Shown here: positions 8,597 through 15,942 of the stretch, one piece after another
How positions within the stretch are numbered: position 1 is the stretch's first letter
Layout of the letters: each line of letters starts with the position of its first letter
Origin: a virus
Lineage: Duplodnaviria > Caudoviricetes
Reading direction: 5' to 3' (one strand)
Length of the DNA stretch: 40,383 nt
IMG/VR virus record: IMGVR_UViG_3300027874_000007
Location: 1-40,383 of that record
Made by a program: the position numbers and the translations under genes
Notes under the pieces: generated by a model
The model's input: the letters and a program-made list of their open reading frames with translations, nothing else
Databases searched by the model: none
Told to the model about the DNA's origin: nothing

Positions 8597-9625
8597 CTAC
8601 CAGCTCCAGACCGGGAGTCCGCCCGTCGTCCAGAGCGGTGGGCCCCAGGCCTGCGTCACGCGGGACGGCTGGACAACGCCCCACCGGGACGACATCCGCC
8701 GCAGCCCGCGGCGGTACTCGTCCATCATCGCCTTCCACTGCGCTTGGAACTGCTGCCAGACCGGTGTGGCTGACGAGTCGTCCTTGTCCGCCAAGATGAG
8801 ATACGCGAGCCCATAGGACAGAATCCGGCGGTGCTGGATCGGCACCATCGGGATCGCGCCCTCCGCGAGTACATCGGGCCGACGGATGTACTCGAACTCG
8901 ATCTGGACGGGATAGGGCGTGTCGGGCGTGTAGAGATAGTGCGAGAACCGGAGCTTCGTTTCGGTCACGCGAGCCGCGACGACGGGCAGCCCGCTCTGTG
9001 TGCGTCCGGCCGCCATCGGATAGGTCTGCGGGTAGTAGCGCTCGAGATCGGGCGGATCGATGACGTCGATCGTGTAGGGGAAGCCACTCGCCGGGAACGC
9101 CATGATGAAGAGCGGCGAGGTGCCGCGGATGAAGTCGGTCGGGAGCTCGTAGGTGTCAGGATACGCCATCCAACTCGTGACGGACTTGGTGCGCCCCGTC
9201 CACGGCTCCGAGAGCGTGATGTAGGTCACGTTGTTCGGGACATCGTTCTGACTGACGGTGACGAGATGGCGTGCGGGGGTGGTGTCTTCTTGGATGCGAT
9301 AGCCAGCGAGCGACGTGCCGTCGGGGAGGATCTGCGCCGTCACGGAACGGCTGCCCATCGTGAACGTCGCCGTCAACTTGTGATCGCCGTTGATCGGCTG
9401 GCTTAACTGGATCGCGCCCCGCGGCCACGCCCGCGCCCAGAGCCAGTCATACGGGACGACGGTCGACGGCCCGAATTGGCCGCCCGAGAGCAGCGCTCGC
9501 TCAACGATCGTCAGCCACTCGTATGCCCGGCCGTCATATTGTGAATTCCCGTCGTCGGGCTCGCCGGCGAGGAAGAGGCCATCCTTCTTGAGATCAACCG
9601 CAGTGGTGAAGTAGCCCACGGGCAC
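8597..9625 (-). CDS. Head-tail adaptor (tail tubular protein A-like)
   Basis: YDWLW, YELPTDF, IEFEYIRRP..L....IPMVPIQHRRILSYGLAY pattern, and its position. Confidence 0.7.
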   Translation of the reverse strand: MPVGYFTTAVDLKKDGLFLAGEPDDGNSQYDGRAYEWLTIVERALLSGGQFGPSTVVPYDWLWARAWPRGAIQLSQPINGDHKLTATFTMGSRSVTAQILPDGTSLAGYRIQEDTTPARHLVTVSQNDVPNNVTYITLSEPWTGRTKSVTSWMAYPDTYELPTDFIRGTSPLFIMAFPASGFPYTIDVIDPPDLERYYPQTYPMAAGRTQSGLPVVAARVTETKLRFSHYLYTPDTPYPVQIEFEYIRRPDVLAEGAIPMVPIQHRRILSYGLAYLILADKDDSSATPVWQQFQAQWKAMMDEYRRGLRRMSSRWGVVQPSRVTQAWGPPLWTTGGLPVWSW

Positions 9626-9631
9626 CTCACC

Positions 9632-9991
9632 TCAGAGCCAGATCAGGCGTACCGCCGAGATCGCCGCCGTCGTCTGGAGAATGAGCGGGGTGATGGCGAG
9701 CGCCAAAACCGTGGCGCAGTTGGGATTGAGCGCAACGCCCGTGTCGCCGGCGGCGCCCTTCAAGACGATCGGGGTCACGTTGGTGGGCGGCGGGATGATG
9801 ACGAGCATCGTCGCGCCCGTCGGCATGGCGAGCGTCGTTGTCCCCGACGCGAGGGTCACGATGTCGATGTCCCCGACCGCTTGATCCATCGTCCACGCCG
9901 CACTGATCGGGACCGGCAGCGTGGAGACATCCATGGCCGTCAGCCCGTCAATGTGGGCTTGGAAGAGTGCTCGAGCGGTGACCGCTCCCAT
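9632..9991 (-). CDS. Hypothetical virion protein (119 aa)
   Basis: Likely start MGAVTAR just after the upstream stop; beta-rich. Confidence 0.65.
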   Translation of the reverse strand: MGAVTARALFQAHIDGLTAMDVSTLPVPISAAWTMDQAVGDIDIVTLASGTTTLAMPTGATMLVIIPPPTNVTPIVLKGAAGDTGVALNPNCATVLALAITPLILQTTAAISAVRLIWL

Positions 9992-9998
9992 GGGCGGC

Positions 9999-10415
9999 TC
10001 AGCTCGCGGCGGGTATCCGCTGCCGCTCCCGGGCTGGGGCTGGAGGTTGCGGAGTCTCGATCGGTTTCGCGCCGACCGTCGCAAACGTGCCCCGAATGTG
10101 CCCGATCAGGTGCTGTTCCTTCTCGGAGCTGTTCATCTGATCACCGCAGAATTCGCACGTCCAGACGATCGCCGGCCCACCCGTGGAGACCACGATCGGC
10201 GTCGCCGCCATGACGTTGCGGTACTCCTCCGGGACTTGCTCCGGTGGAATCGGCATCCCCCCCTGATCGAACCACTGGCCATTTTGCCACGTGTAGAGTG
10301 CCATGCCGGTCGGCCCGAGATGCGCGAAGCTCCGCGTGGGATTGATCCGCACGCACGTCATCTGCGTGGTGGCGCGGTCGGGCTCAAGGATGTGGACCGG
10401 TTCAAGCCGCGCCAT
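9999..10415 (-). CDS. Hypothetical protein with C2H2-like zinc finger
   Basis: WTCEFCGDQMNSSEKEQHLIGH; TGATG-coupled. Confidence 0.7.
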   Translation of the reverse strand: MARLEPVHILEPDRATTQMTCVRINPTRSFAHLGPTGMALYTWQNGQWFDQGGMPIPPEQVPEEYRNVMAATPIVVSTGGPAIVWTCEFCGDQMNSSEKEQHLIGHIRGTFATVGAKPIETPQPPAPARERQRIPAAS

Positions 10416-10795
10416 CAGTAGCCCTCAACCTCGCAGACAAGCTGCTGCGTTGGCGGGATCGCGGTTGCTGCCGCGAGTTCTGCGTCTCCGCCGCCCGCCG
10501 CCGCATTCGCCATCGCGACGAGTTTGGGGCTGGTGGCGTCCCCGTTCCACGTCCACCCCGGATTACTCGCACCAGCGACCGGGGTCACACCGACGACGAC
10601 GATCCGCTGGACCCGGCGGGGACATCCCAGCTGGAGCTTGTCGAGTGCCACGCCGCCGGTCGCATACGTGTTGTTGGTCCCGGCATTCGCCCCGGTCGGA
10701 AACGAGATGGCGATGATCCGTCTGGTCCGCCCCGGCGCCGACAGGATCTTGTCGGTCGTGGCGTAGGTGATCTCTGCGAGGGTGATCGCAGCCAT
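10415..10795 (-). CDS. Virion structural (decoration-like) protein
   Basis: TYATGGVAL motif, Ala/Thr/Gly-rich, strong GGAGG RBS, downstream of the capsid gene. Confidence 0.7.
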   Translation of the reverse strand: MAAITLAEITYATTDKILSAPGRTRRIIAISFPTGANAGTNNTYATGGVALDKLQLGCPRRVQRIVVVGVTPVAGASNPGWTWNGDATSPKLVAMANAAAGGGDAELAAATAIPPTQQLVCEVEGY

Positions 10796-10804
10796 CGCGC
10801 CCTC

Positions 10805-11233
10805 CTAGGTGGTGCTCACCACGTCCACGGTGCGGCTGCCGGATGGGTAGCACTTGGCGTAGAGCTGCGCCGTGCCGCTCGCGGGAGCGCCGGTCACACT
10901 GAACCGCAGCACTTGGCCCTTATCGAGATGGATCTTCGTGGTCCGACGCAGGCATGCGCCCGCCGCAATCGCTGCCGTCGGCCCGGTCACGGTCGCCGCC
11001 ACGGTGTAGCTGCCACCGATCGCCGGGGCCGTCGCCGCCGTGAAGACATAGGCCGTCGCGGCCGTCGCGGTGCCGATCAGCGCGCCCACCTCGACGACGT
11101 CCACGCCCTCCGAGGCGACGAAAAATGCCTTGTCACCCGTGGTGGTGACGTTGCCGGCCACGGCGTTCGCGGCGTCGGTCGCTTGCCCGTTCGCGGGAAA
11201 GGCCCAGGTGTATGTCCCTGCATCCATTGCCAT
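10805..11233 (-). CDS. Putative capsid decoration/cement protein
   Basis: 142 aa, Ala/Thr-rich beta protein directly after the major capsid gene; AAGGAG RBS. Confidence 0.65.
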   Translation of the reverse strand: MAMDAGTYTWAFPANGQATDAANAVAGNVTTTGDKAFFVASEGVDVVEVGALIGTATAATAYVFTAATAPAIGGSYTVAATVTGPTAAIAAGACLRRTTKIHLDKGQVLRFSVTGAPASGTAQLYAKCYPSGSRTVDVVSTT

Positions 11234-11245
11234 CGGAGTGTCTCC

Positions 11246-12208
11246 TTACGGGTTCGCGAAGTTGTTGCCGGTGATCCGCAGCACGCGCGCCTCGCGCGGG
11301 TTCGCGGTGGGATGGTAGAGGCCAAACCCGAGCTGCCCGTACCATGCGCAGCCCAAGTTCCGCCCGTAATCGTCCGCGATCTTGAGCCGCAACTCCGGGG
11401 TCTGCGCCTCCGCGAACGCCACCGCCTCGTCTCCGAAGATGAACGCCTGACCGATGTTCGTCCCCGCAGAGGTGGTCACCTGGAGCACGGTATCGTGGTT
11501 GGTCTCGATGATCCGGATGTTCTCCACCATCCCGATCTCACCGCGCTGGAGCTTCTCCGGATTGCCCAGCACGTACCATTCCTTGAAGAGCGTATCGTTC
11601 CGGACCGACCGCGTGGTGGCCCAGTTGGCGATCCCGATGTAGGCGTCGCCCTCCCCGAAGTACGGCATCTTGAGCGTGCCATACGCGTAGTCCCGGGCGA
11701 TCTGGAGATGGTTGATCCCGATGGCCGATGTTGCGGCGACCGACGGCGTGCCGGTCGTGTCGATCGTGAAGCCCGATGCCGAGCTGGGCGTCATGGTGAT
11801 CAGGCCCTTCTTGAACCCATCGCCGGCGGAGACATCCAACGTGAGCTTCATGATCTCGCGGAGCCGCTTCTTGACGAACGCGGGGAGATCGTACTTCGCG
11901 AAGTCGTCCCAGATGTTGGTCCACGTGACGGCTTCGCCAAATTCGAGGATCAAGAACGAGGTGCCGGAGATCCCGACGGCGGTTTCTGGAATCCGGATGT
12001 TCTCCTGGAGGATGCCCTTCGTCGGAGATTCCGGCGGGCCGGTCATCGTGAAGAGGTTGACGGTGTCGCCCTTCTTCTTCCCAAAGCCGTCGACCGGCTC
12101 GACCCACTGGATCACTTCGGCTTTCTCAAAGGCGGCCTCGTACATTTGTTCAGAAAGGAAGTTATTCCTGAACGGGCCCGTCGGCGTATCTTGGCTCCAG
12201 GTTTGCAT
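11246..12208 (-). CDS. Major capsid protein (HK97 fold, N4-gp56-like)
   Basis: GKKKGDTVNL, EFGEAVTWT, GEIGMVENIRIIETN, FIFGDEAV, DDYGRNLGCAWY; follows the scaffold gene. Confidence 0.88.
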   Translation of the reverse strand: MQTWSQDTPTGPFRNNFLSEQMYEAAFEKAEVIQWVEPVDGFGKKKGDTVNLFTMTGPPESPTKGILQENIRIPETAVGISGTSFLILEFGEAVTWTNIWDDFAKYDLPAFVKKRLREIMKLTLDVSAGDGFKKGLITMTPSSASGFTIDTTGTPSVAATSAIGINHLQIARDYAYGTLKMPYFGEGDAYIGIANWATTRSVRNDTLFKEWYVLGNPEKLQRGEIGMVENIRIIETNHDTVLQVTTSAGTNIGQAFIFGDEAVAFAEAQTPELRLKIADDYGRNLGCAWYGQLGFGLYHPTANPREARVLRITGNNFANP

Positions 12209-12220
12209 ATCCGCGCTCTC

Positions 12221-12730
12221 CTATTCTCCTCGATGCCGCCGCCACGTCCGCATGCGGTGGCAATTCGCACAGACCAAGTCGCACTTGGCGATCTCCGCCA
12301 AGGTCTTTTCGAGCGAGCGCCGGACGAGCTCGCTGCCGCCAAACTGAAAGAGCTTCTCCGTACCAGGCCGGTGATCGAAATCCATTGCGCAGGGCGGGAA
12401 GTGACCACCACAATCCACGCACGGTGCCGCTTTGAGGCGGGCGATCAGTTCGTCACACCGCTGACGGCGCAATAATTTGCCGCGTGCAAGGATCTTCGGT
12501 TTGTTCTTCTCGTACGAGCGACGAACAACTGCGCGCTGTCGTGCCGGATTGGCGCGGCGTGTGGCTAGGCCTCGTTTAGCCGTGCACGTACGACAGTAGA
12601 ATTGCAATCCATCAGGCATCCGGCGGTGTTTGCCGAATGCGGCATGGGGTTTCACGACCCGACAATCCGGACATCGCTTGTGGTGCTCCGGAAGAACAGG
12701 AGGTGCTTCAAGTGTGAGCAGATCACCCAT
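12221..12730 (-). CDS. HNH homing endonuclease (free-standing)
   Basis: KRCPDC...YCRTC N-terminal Zn motif; CVDC...DFDH...EIAKCDLVCANCHRMRT. Visibly lower GC than its neighbours. Confidence 0.92.
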   Translation of the reverse strand: MGDLLTLEAPPVLPEHHKRCPDCRVVKPHAAFGKHRRMPDGLQFYCRTCTAKRGLATRRANPARQRAVVRRSYEKNKPKILARGKLLRRQRCDELIARLKAAPCVDCGGHFPPCAMDFDHRPGTEKLFQFGGSELVRRSLEKTLAEIAKCDLVCANCHRMRTWRRHRGE

Positions 12731-13488
12731 CAGGCGGCATTCTCTCGACCGAGTAGGATGGCCTGCCGATGGCGGATCAGATCCGAGATGGTCTTCGGTT
12801 GCTGCGGCGCCGGTGCGGCGCCACCCGCGGCGCGACGCGCGGAGCGGAGCAACGCCGGCGGGGCGGTCTGTGCAGGGGCGGCCTCTGCGGGTGCGGTGGT
12901 CTGGCCCCGGATGTGCGCGATCTCCTGCTCCGCCATCTGGCCCAGCTGATCGATTGCGACCGACAGCGGGAGGTTGACGAGGTTCTGGTACTGCTCGTTG
13001 TAGATCGTCTGCACGATCCGGCGGTTGTCGCCTAGGTTCCGGCGCTCGAGCATCTCCTCCATCACGTCGTCATGGACGGATTGCGCCTGTTGGCGCTGAT
13101 CGCGCCGACGGAGTTCCTGATCGACGGCGCCGAGTGCCCCTTGGACCAGCGCCGCGTTCTCGCCCTGCGCCGTCCGGATCCGCCGCTCGATCGAGCTATT
13201 GAGCGCGTCCTGCCAGGCCTCCTTATTCGAGAAGAGGAGATCGGAGTCGGGGATCTCGATGCCGGGCGGCGGCTCGAATTGCGGCGGGGCCGCAGGGGGC
13301 TGCCAGCCCGGCGTCCCCAGCGAGTCCAAGATCTGGCGCCGTTGCTGATCGACGGCCACGCCGTACGCATTCGCCAGATCGTTGAACGACTGGCGGACAG
13401 CACCCGCAGCCTCTGGGTCCAACTCGATCACCCGATTGCCGAGCTGCACCTGTTCCTTCGCCGGTGCCGCTGGCTGCGGTTGGATCAT
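12730..13488 (-). CDS. Capsid scaffolding protein (putative)
   Basis: 252 aa, helical, Q/E/A-rich with an extended linker and terminal helix; upstream of the capsid gene. Confidence 0.72.
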   Translation of the reverse strand: MIQPQPAAPAKEQVQLGNRVIELDPEAAGAVRQSFNDLANAYGVAVDQQRRQILDSLGTPGWQPPAAPPQFEPPPGIEIPDSDLLFSNKEAWQDALNSSIERRIRTAQGENAALVQGALGAVDQELRRRDQRQQAQSVHDDVMEEMLERRNLGDNRRIVQTIYNEQYQNLVNLPLSVAIDQLGQMAEQEIAHIRGQTTAPAEAAPAQTAPPALLRSARRAAGGAAPAPQQPKTISDLIRHRQAILLGRENAA

Positions 13489-13772
13489 GCCGCTCCCTCC
13501 TGCTGCTCTCGCACGTGGCGTTGCTCCGCCTTCTCGCCGGCGACGACACGGTTCCGCAGCCGCTGGACGATCCGCCGATAGGCGCCGATCTCATGCGACA
13601 GCGTGAGCGCGGTCTCCGACGTCAAGCGCCGGTTCGCGAGCTCGCGGTCCATCTCCTTGAGCGCGTCCTCGACCAGCGCATTGCAGAACGTCTCCATGGC
13701 GACGAGCAACGACCGTGCGGCGTGCCCGTCTCCGACGAGCTTCGCGACGAGCGGATCCAGCTCAATCGCCAT
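13485..13772 (-). CDS. Small helical head-module protein (95 aa)
   Basis: Start MAIELDP coupled by TGATG; typical small gene between portal and scaffold. Confidence 0.7.
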   Translation of the reverse strand: MAIELDPLVAKLVGDGHAARSLLVAMETFCNALVEDALKEMDRELANRRLTSETALTLSHEIGAYRRIVQRLRNRVVAGEKAEQRHVREQQEGAA

Positions 13773-14215
13773 CAGCCGACCTCGACCAGCTGCTGGGCGT
13801 GCTTGTCCACGGAGACGTCCACTTGGATGGCACCGCCGAGCTGGAGCAGATCGATCTCGCGAGCGAGCCGGACCATCTGCTTGCACGCGCCCTCGAGGAG
13901 TTCAGTGAGCGGGCGGAAGCGCTCCGGAATGTCGGGACGCAAGACGAGTTGCCCGGCGAGTCGGGCCCAGCGTATCGCCTGATCCTCAAGGCGCTCCGTG
14001 TCGCCAGTCATCGTGCCCTGGATGTCCCAGGTCGGATTGCCGCGGAGCCGCCGTGCCGCCGACACGATCGTGTGGTGGAGTCCGATCGTCGTATCGCGGG
14101 CCAGCTGCATCCAACCGTGATCGGCGGGGAGCTTGCCCACGTTGTACGCCAGCCAGACCAGCCACTGACGAGCTTTCGGCAGAGACGCGCCACGCACACG
14201 GATCCGGTCACTCAC
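13772..14215 (-). CDS. Hypothetical protein
   Basis: Probable GTG start at 14215 overlapping the upstream gene end; start uncertain. Confidence 0.6.
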   Translation of the reverse strand: MSDRIRVRGASLPKARQWLVWLAYNVGKLPADHGWMQLARDTTIGLHHTIVSAARRLRGNPTWDIQGTMTGDTERLEDQAIRWARLAGQLVLRPDIPERFRPLTELLEGACKQMVRLAREIDLLQLGGAIQVDVSVDKHAQQLVEVG

Positions 14216-14399
14216 CACCCCCGCCACCTCCATCCTTCGCCTTGCCCAAGGGATACGCCTTCGGAACGCCGCGCCACCGGTCCTTGACGGCTTCGGCCAT
14301 CGTTCCCGGCCCCGACCACTTCTGATCGCGATCGCGATTCGGAGCGTTCGCGTCTTCGGGCCGCGTGCTCTCGAAGCCTTTGGTCCAGTCGGCAGCCAT
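14208..14399 (-). CDS. Hypothetical protein (63 aa)
   Basis: MAADWTKGFESTRPED..., TGATG-coupled. Confidence 0.6.
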   Translation of the reverse strand: MAADWTKGFESTRPEDANAPNRDRDQKWSGPGTMAEAVKDRWRGVPKAYPLGKAKDGGGGGGE

Positions 14400-14659
14400 C
14401 AGCGCACCGCCTTTTTCTGTTTCTCCTCGATCAGCGAGGAGATGGTCTTCCGTCCTTCGGGCCGCACCGACACGCCATGCACCTCGAGCGAGAGATCGGC
14501 GTGGCCGTCGCGGAGCCGGAGCTCGTCCACGGCGCCGTCCAGTGTGACGCGGACGGTTTTCCCCGGCTCCAACGCGCTCCGGAGGCGTTCGGGTTTGGGA
14601 TCGGCCAAGCAGATCTGCGCTGAGCTGCCGGAGTCGGATGCCCCGCCGATCACCATCAT
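14399..14659 (-). CDS. Small head-module protein with scaffold-like C-terminal motif
   Basis: MMVIGG...LEPGKTVRVTLDGAVDEL...RKTISSLIEEKQ; ATGA-coupled to the upstream gene. Confidence 0.65.
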   Translation of the reverse strand: MMVIGGASDSGSSAQICLADPKPERLRSALEPGKTVRVTLDGAVDELRLRDGHADLSLEVHGVSVRPEGRKTISSLIEEKQKKAVR

Positions 14660-15648
14660 ACGCCGCCCCCGCCACCACCCTGCGCGAAGTCGCCGCCCGT
14701 CCACGGATTGCCCGCGCCGAAACTGCGGCCCATGTAACTCCCGGCACCCATGGCACCGGCGCCGCCCATGCCATATTGGCCCACGCCGCTGCGCTGCTGA
14801 TAGCCGCCGCCCATCCCGCCGCCCCCGCCCTGCATGCCGAGGCCACCGCCGTAGCGCGCTTGGAGGACCTGCTGCATCTCCGGCGAGTAGCCGCCGAACA
14901 TGCCGCCGCCACCGGGCCCAAAGGTTCCGCCGGGGCCGTAATAGCCCCCGACTGCGGTCCCGAGGCCGCCGCCACCCGCGCCGCCATAGCCCATGCCGCC
15001 CCACGTATTCTGGTACATCGGCGGCGCGCCCATCGGCTGCCAGCCACCACCGCCGCCACCGGGTTGCCCGAGGCCTGGGAGTTGCCCGGCGGCTTGCGCT
15101 TGCGGGTAGCCCCGGAGCTGGTCTTGGAGCCCGGCATTATCGCCGCTCCAGCCAGCCATGCCGCCACCCGGAATCTGCGGCGTGGTACCGGGCGTGACGG
15201 ACTCGTTCCACGGCGCGGGTCCCGCGGGAGGCTGCGGCGTGAAGGCACCCGGCGTCTGGTTCGGTGGCGTGCGGACGGGACGCTGGTTCTGCCCCGTCGC
15301 GAGGAAATCTTGGACCCGGGTCGCCTGCGGTGAGGTAGGCCCAAGCTGGTTCACCCGTTGCTGCAGCCACGGACGCGCGGCAAGGAACTGCTGTCCCTGC
15401 CCACCCTGCGCCGCCTGCTGGAACGCCCCGCGCTGGCGCGGTCCCAAGCCGAGCCCCAAGCCGAGCGGCGGCGCCGTCGGCGGCCGTGGTGTCGGAGCCG
15501 CTCCTGCGCCGGGTCTCTTCGCCTGCCCCGGCGGTGCCGATGGGACGCGACCGGGCCGCCCGCCGGTTGCCTGCCCCAAGGTGGGTTGGGCGCGCGGCGG
15601 GGCCGGACGGGCGGCTGGTCTTGGCGGGGGCTGACCCTTTCTTGGCAT
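14656..15648 (-). CDS. Low-complexity Pro/Arg then Gly/Gln/Tyr/Met-rich protein (330 aa)
   Basis: Starts after the GGCATAGAGG motif and its stop is coupled to the next ATG; coherent composition. Confidence 0.7.
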   Translation of the reverse strand: MPRKGQPPPRPAARPAPPRAQPTLGQATGGRPGRVPSAPPGQAKRPGAGAAPTPRPPTAPPLGLGLGLGPRQRGAFQQAAQGGQGQQFLAARPWLQQRVNQLGPTSPQATRVQDFLATGQNQRPVRTPPNQTPGAFTPQPPAGPAPWNESVTPGTTPQIPGGGMAGWSGDNAGLQDQLRGYPQAQAAGQLPGLGQPGGGGGGWQPMGAPPMYQNTWGGMGYGGAGGGGLGTAVGGYYGPGGTFGPGGGGMFGGYSPEMQQVLQARYGGGLGMQGGGGGMGGGYQQRSGVGQYGMGGAGAMGAGSYMGRSFGAGNPWTGGDFAQGGGGGGV

Positions 15649-15660
15649 CGGTCGCTTACC

Positions 15661-15670
15661 CCTCTATGCC
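15661..15670 (-). promoter_or_regulatory. GGCATAGAGG motif, copy 2
   Basis: Exact 10-mer, intergenic, 12 nt before the ATG at 15648. Confidence 0.5.
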
Positions 15671-15681
15671 CTCACGCGATG

Positions 15682-15933
15682 TCAGACCGGCGTCTGCCAT
15701 TCGCAGTCGAAATCCGCATCGGATTTCTTGACGAGGATCTGGCCCGTCACTCCACCCGCTGGCACGCCGGGCCCCGTTGGTCCGGCGGGTCCGGCTGGGC
15801 CAGTCGCACCGTCCGCGCCGTCCGCGCCTGGCGGTCCCGGTGGCCCTGGCACCCCTGGCGGCGGTGGGTACTCCACCTCGATCGGGGAATCATGTGGCCA
15901 CGACGGCACGCGGGGCGTTACCTCTCCAGCCAT
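15682..15933 (-). CDS. Collagen-like small protein (possible head fibre)
   Basis: (Gly-X-Y)n run followed by GVPAGGVTGQILVKKSDADFDCEW; GAGGTG RBS. Confidence 0.8.
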   Translation of the reverse strand: MAGEVTPRVPSWPHDSPIEVEYPPPPGVPGPPGPPGADGADGATGPAGPAGPTGPGVPAGGVTGQILVKKSDADFDCEWQTPV

Positions 15934-15942
15934 GGTCTCACC

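Noticed and set aside
8594-8599. Stop-codon reassignment suggested by the in-frame TAG-ATG adaptor/nozzle junction
   Set aside because: TAG, TGA and TAA all end genes at sensible places and no suppressor tRNA is present; simple gene abutment explains it.
12221-12730. Group I intron or intein housing the HNH
   Set aside because: The HNH lies between complete genes, with start-stop coupling and only 12 nt of spacer, leaving no room for a ribozyme core.
14208-15344. 378-aa and 201-aa ORF-track calls
   Set aside because: Only the 3' portions (starts 14399 and 14659) are coupled and protein-like; the upstream parts are alternate frames of the 330-aa gene.
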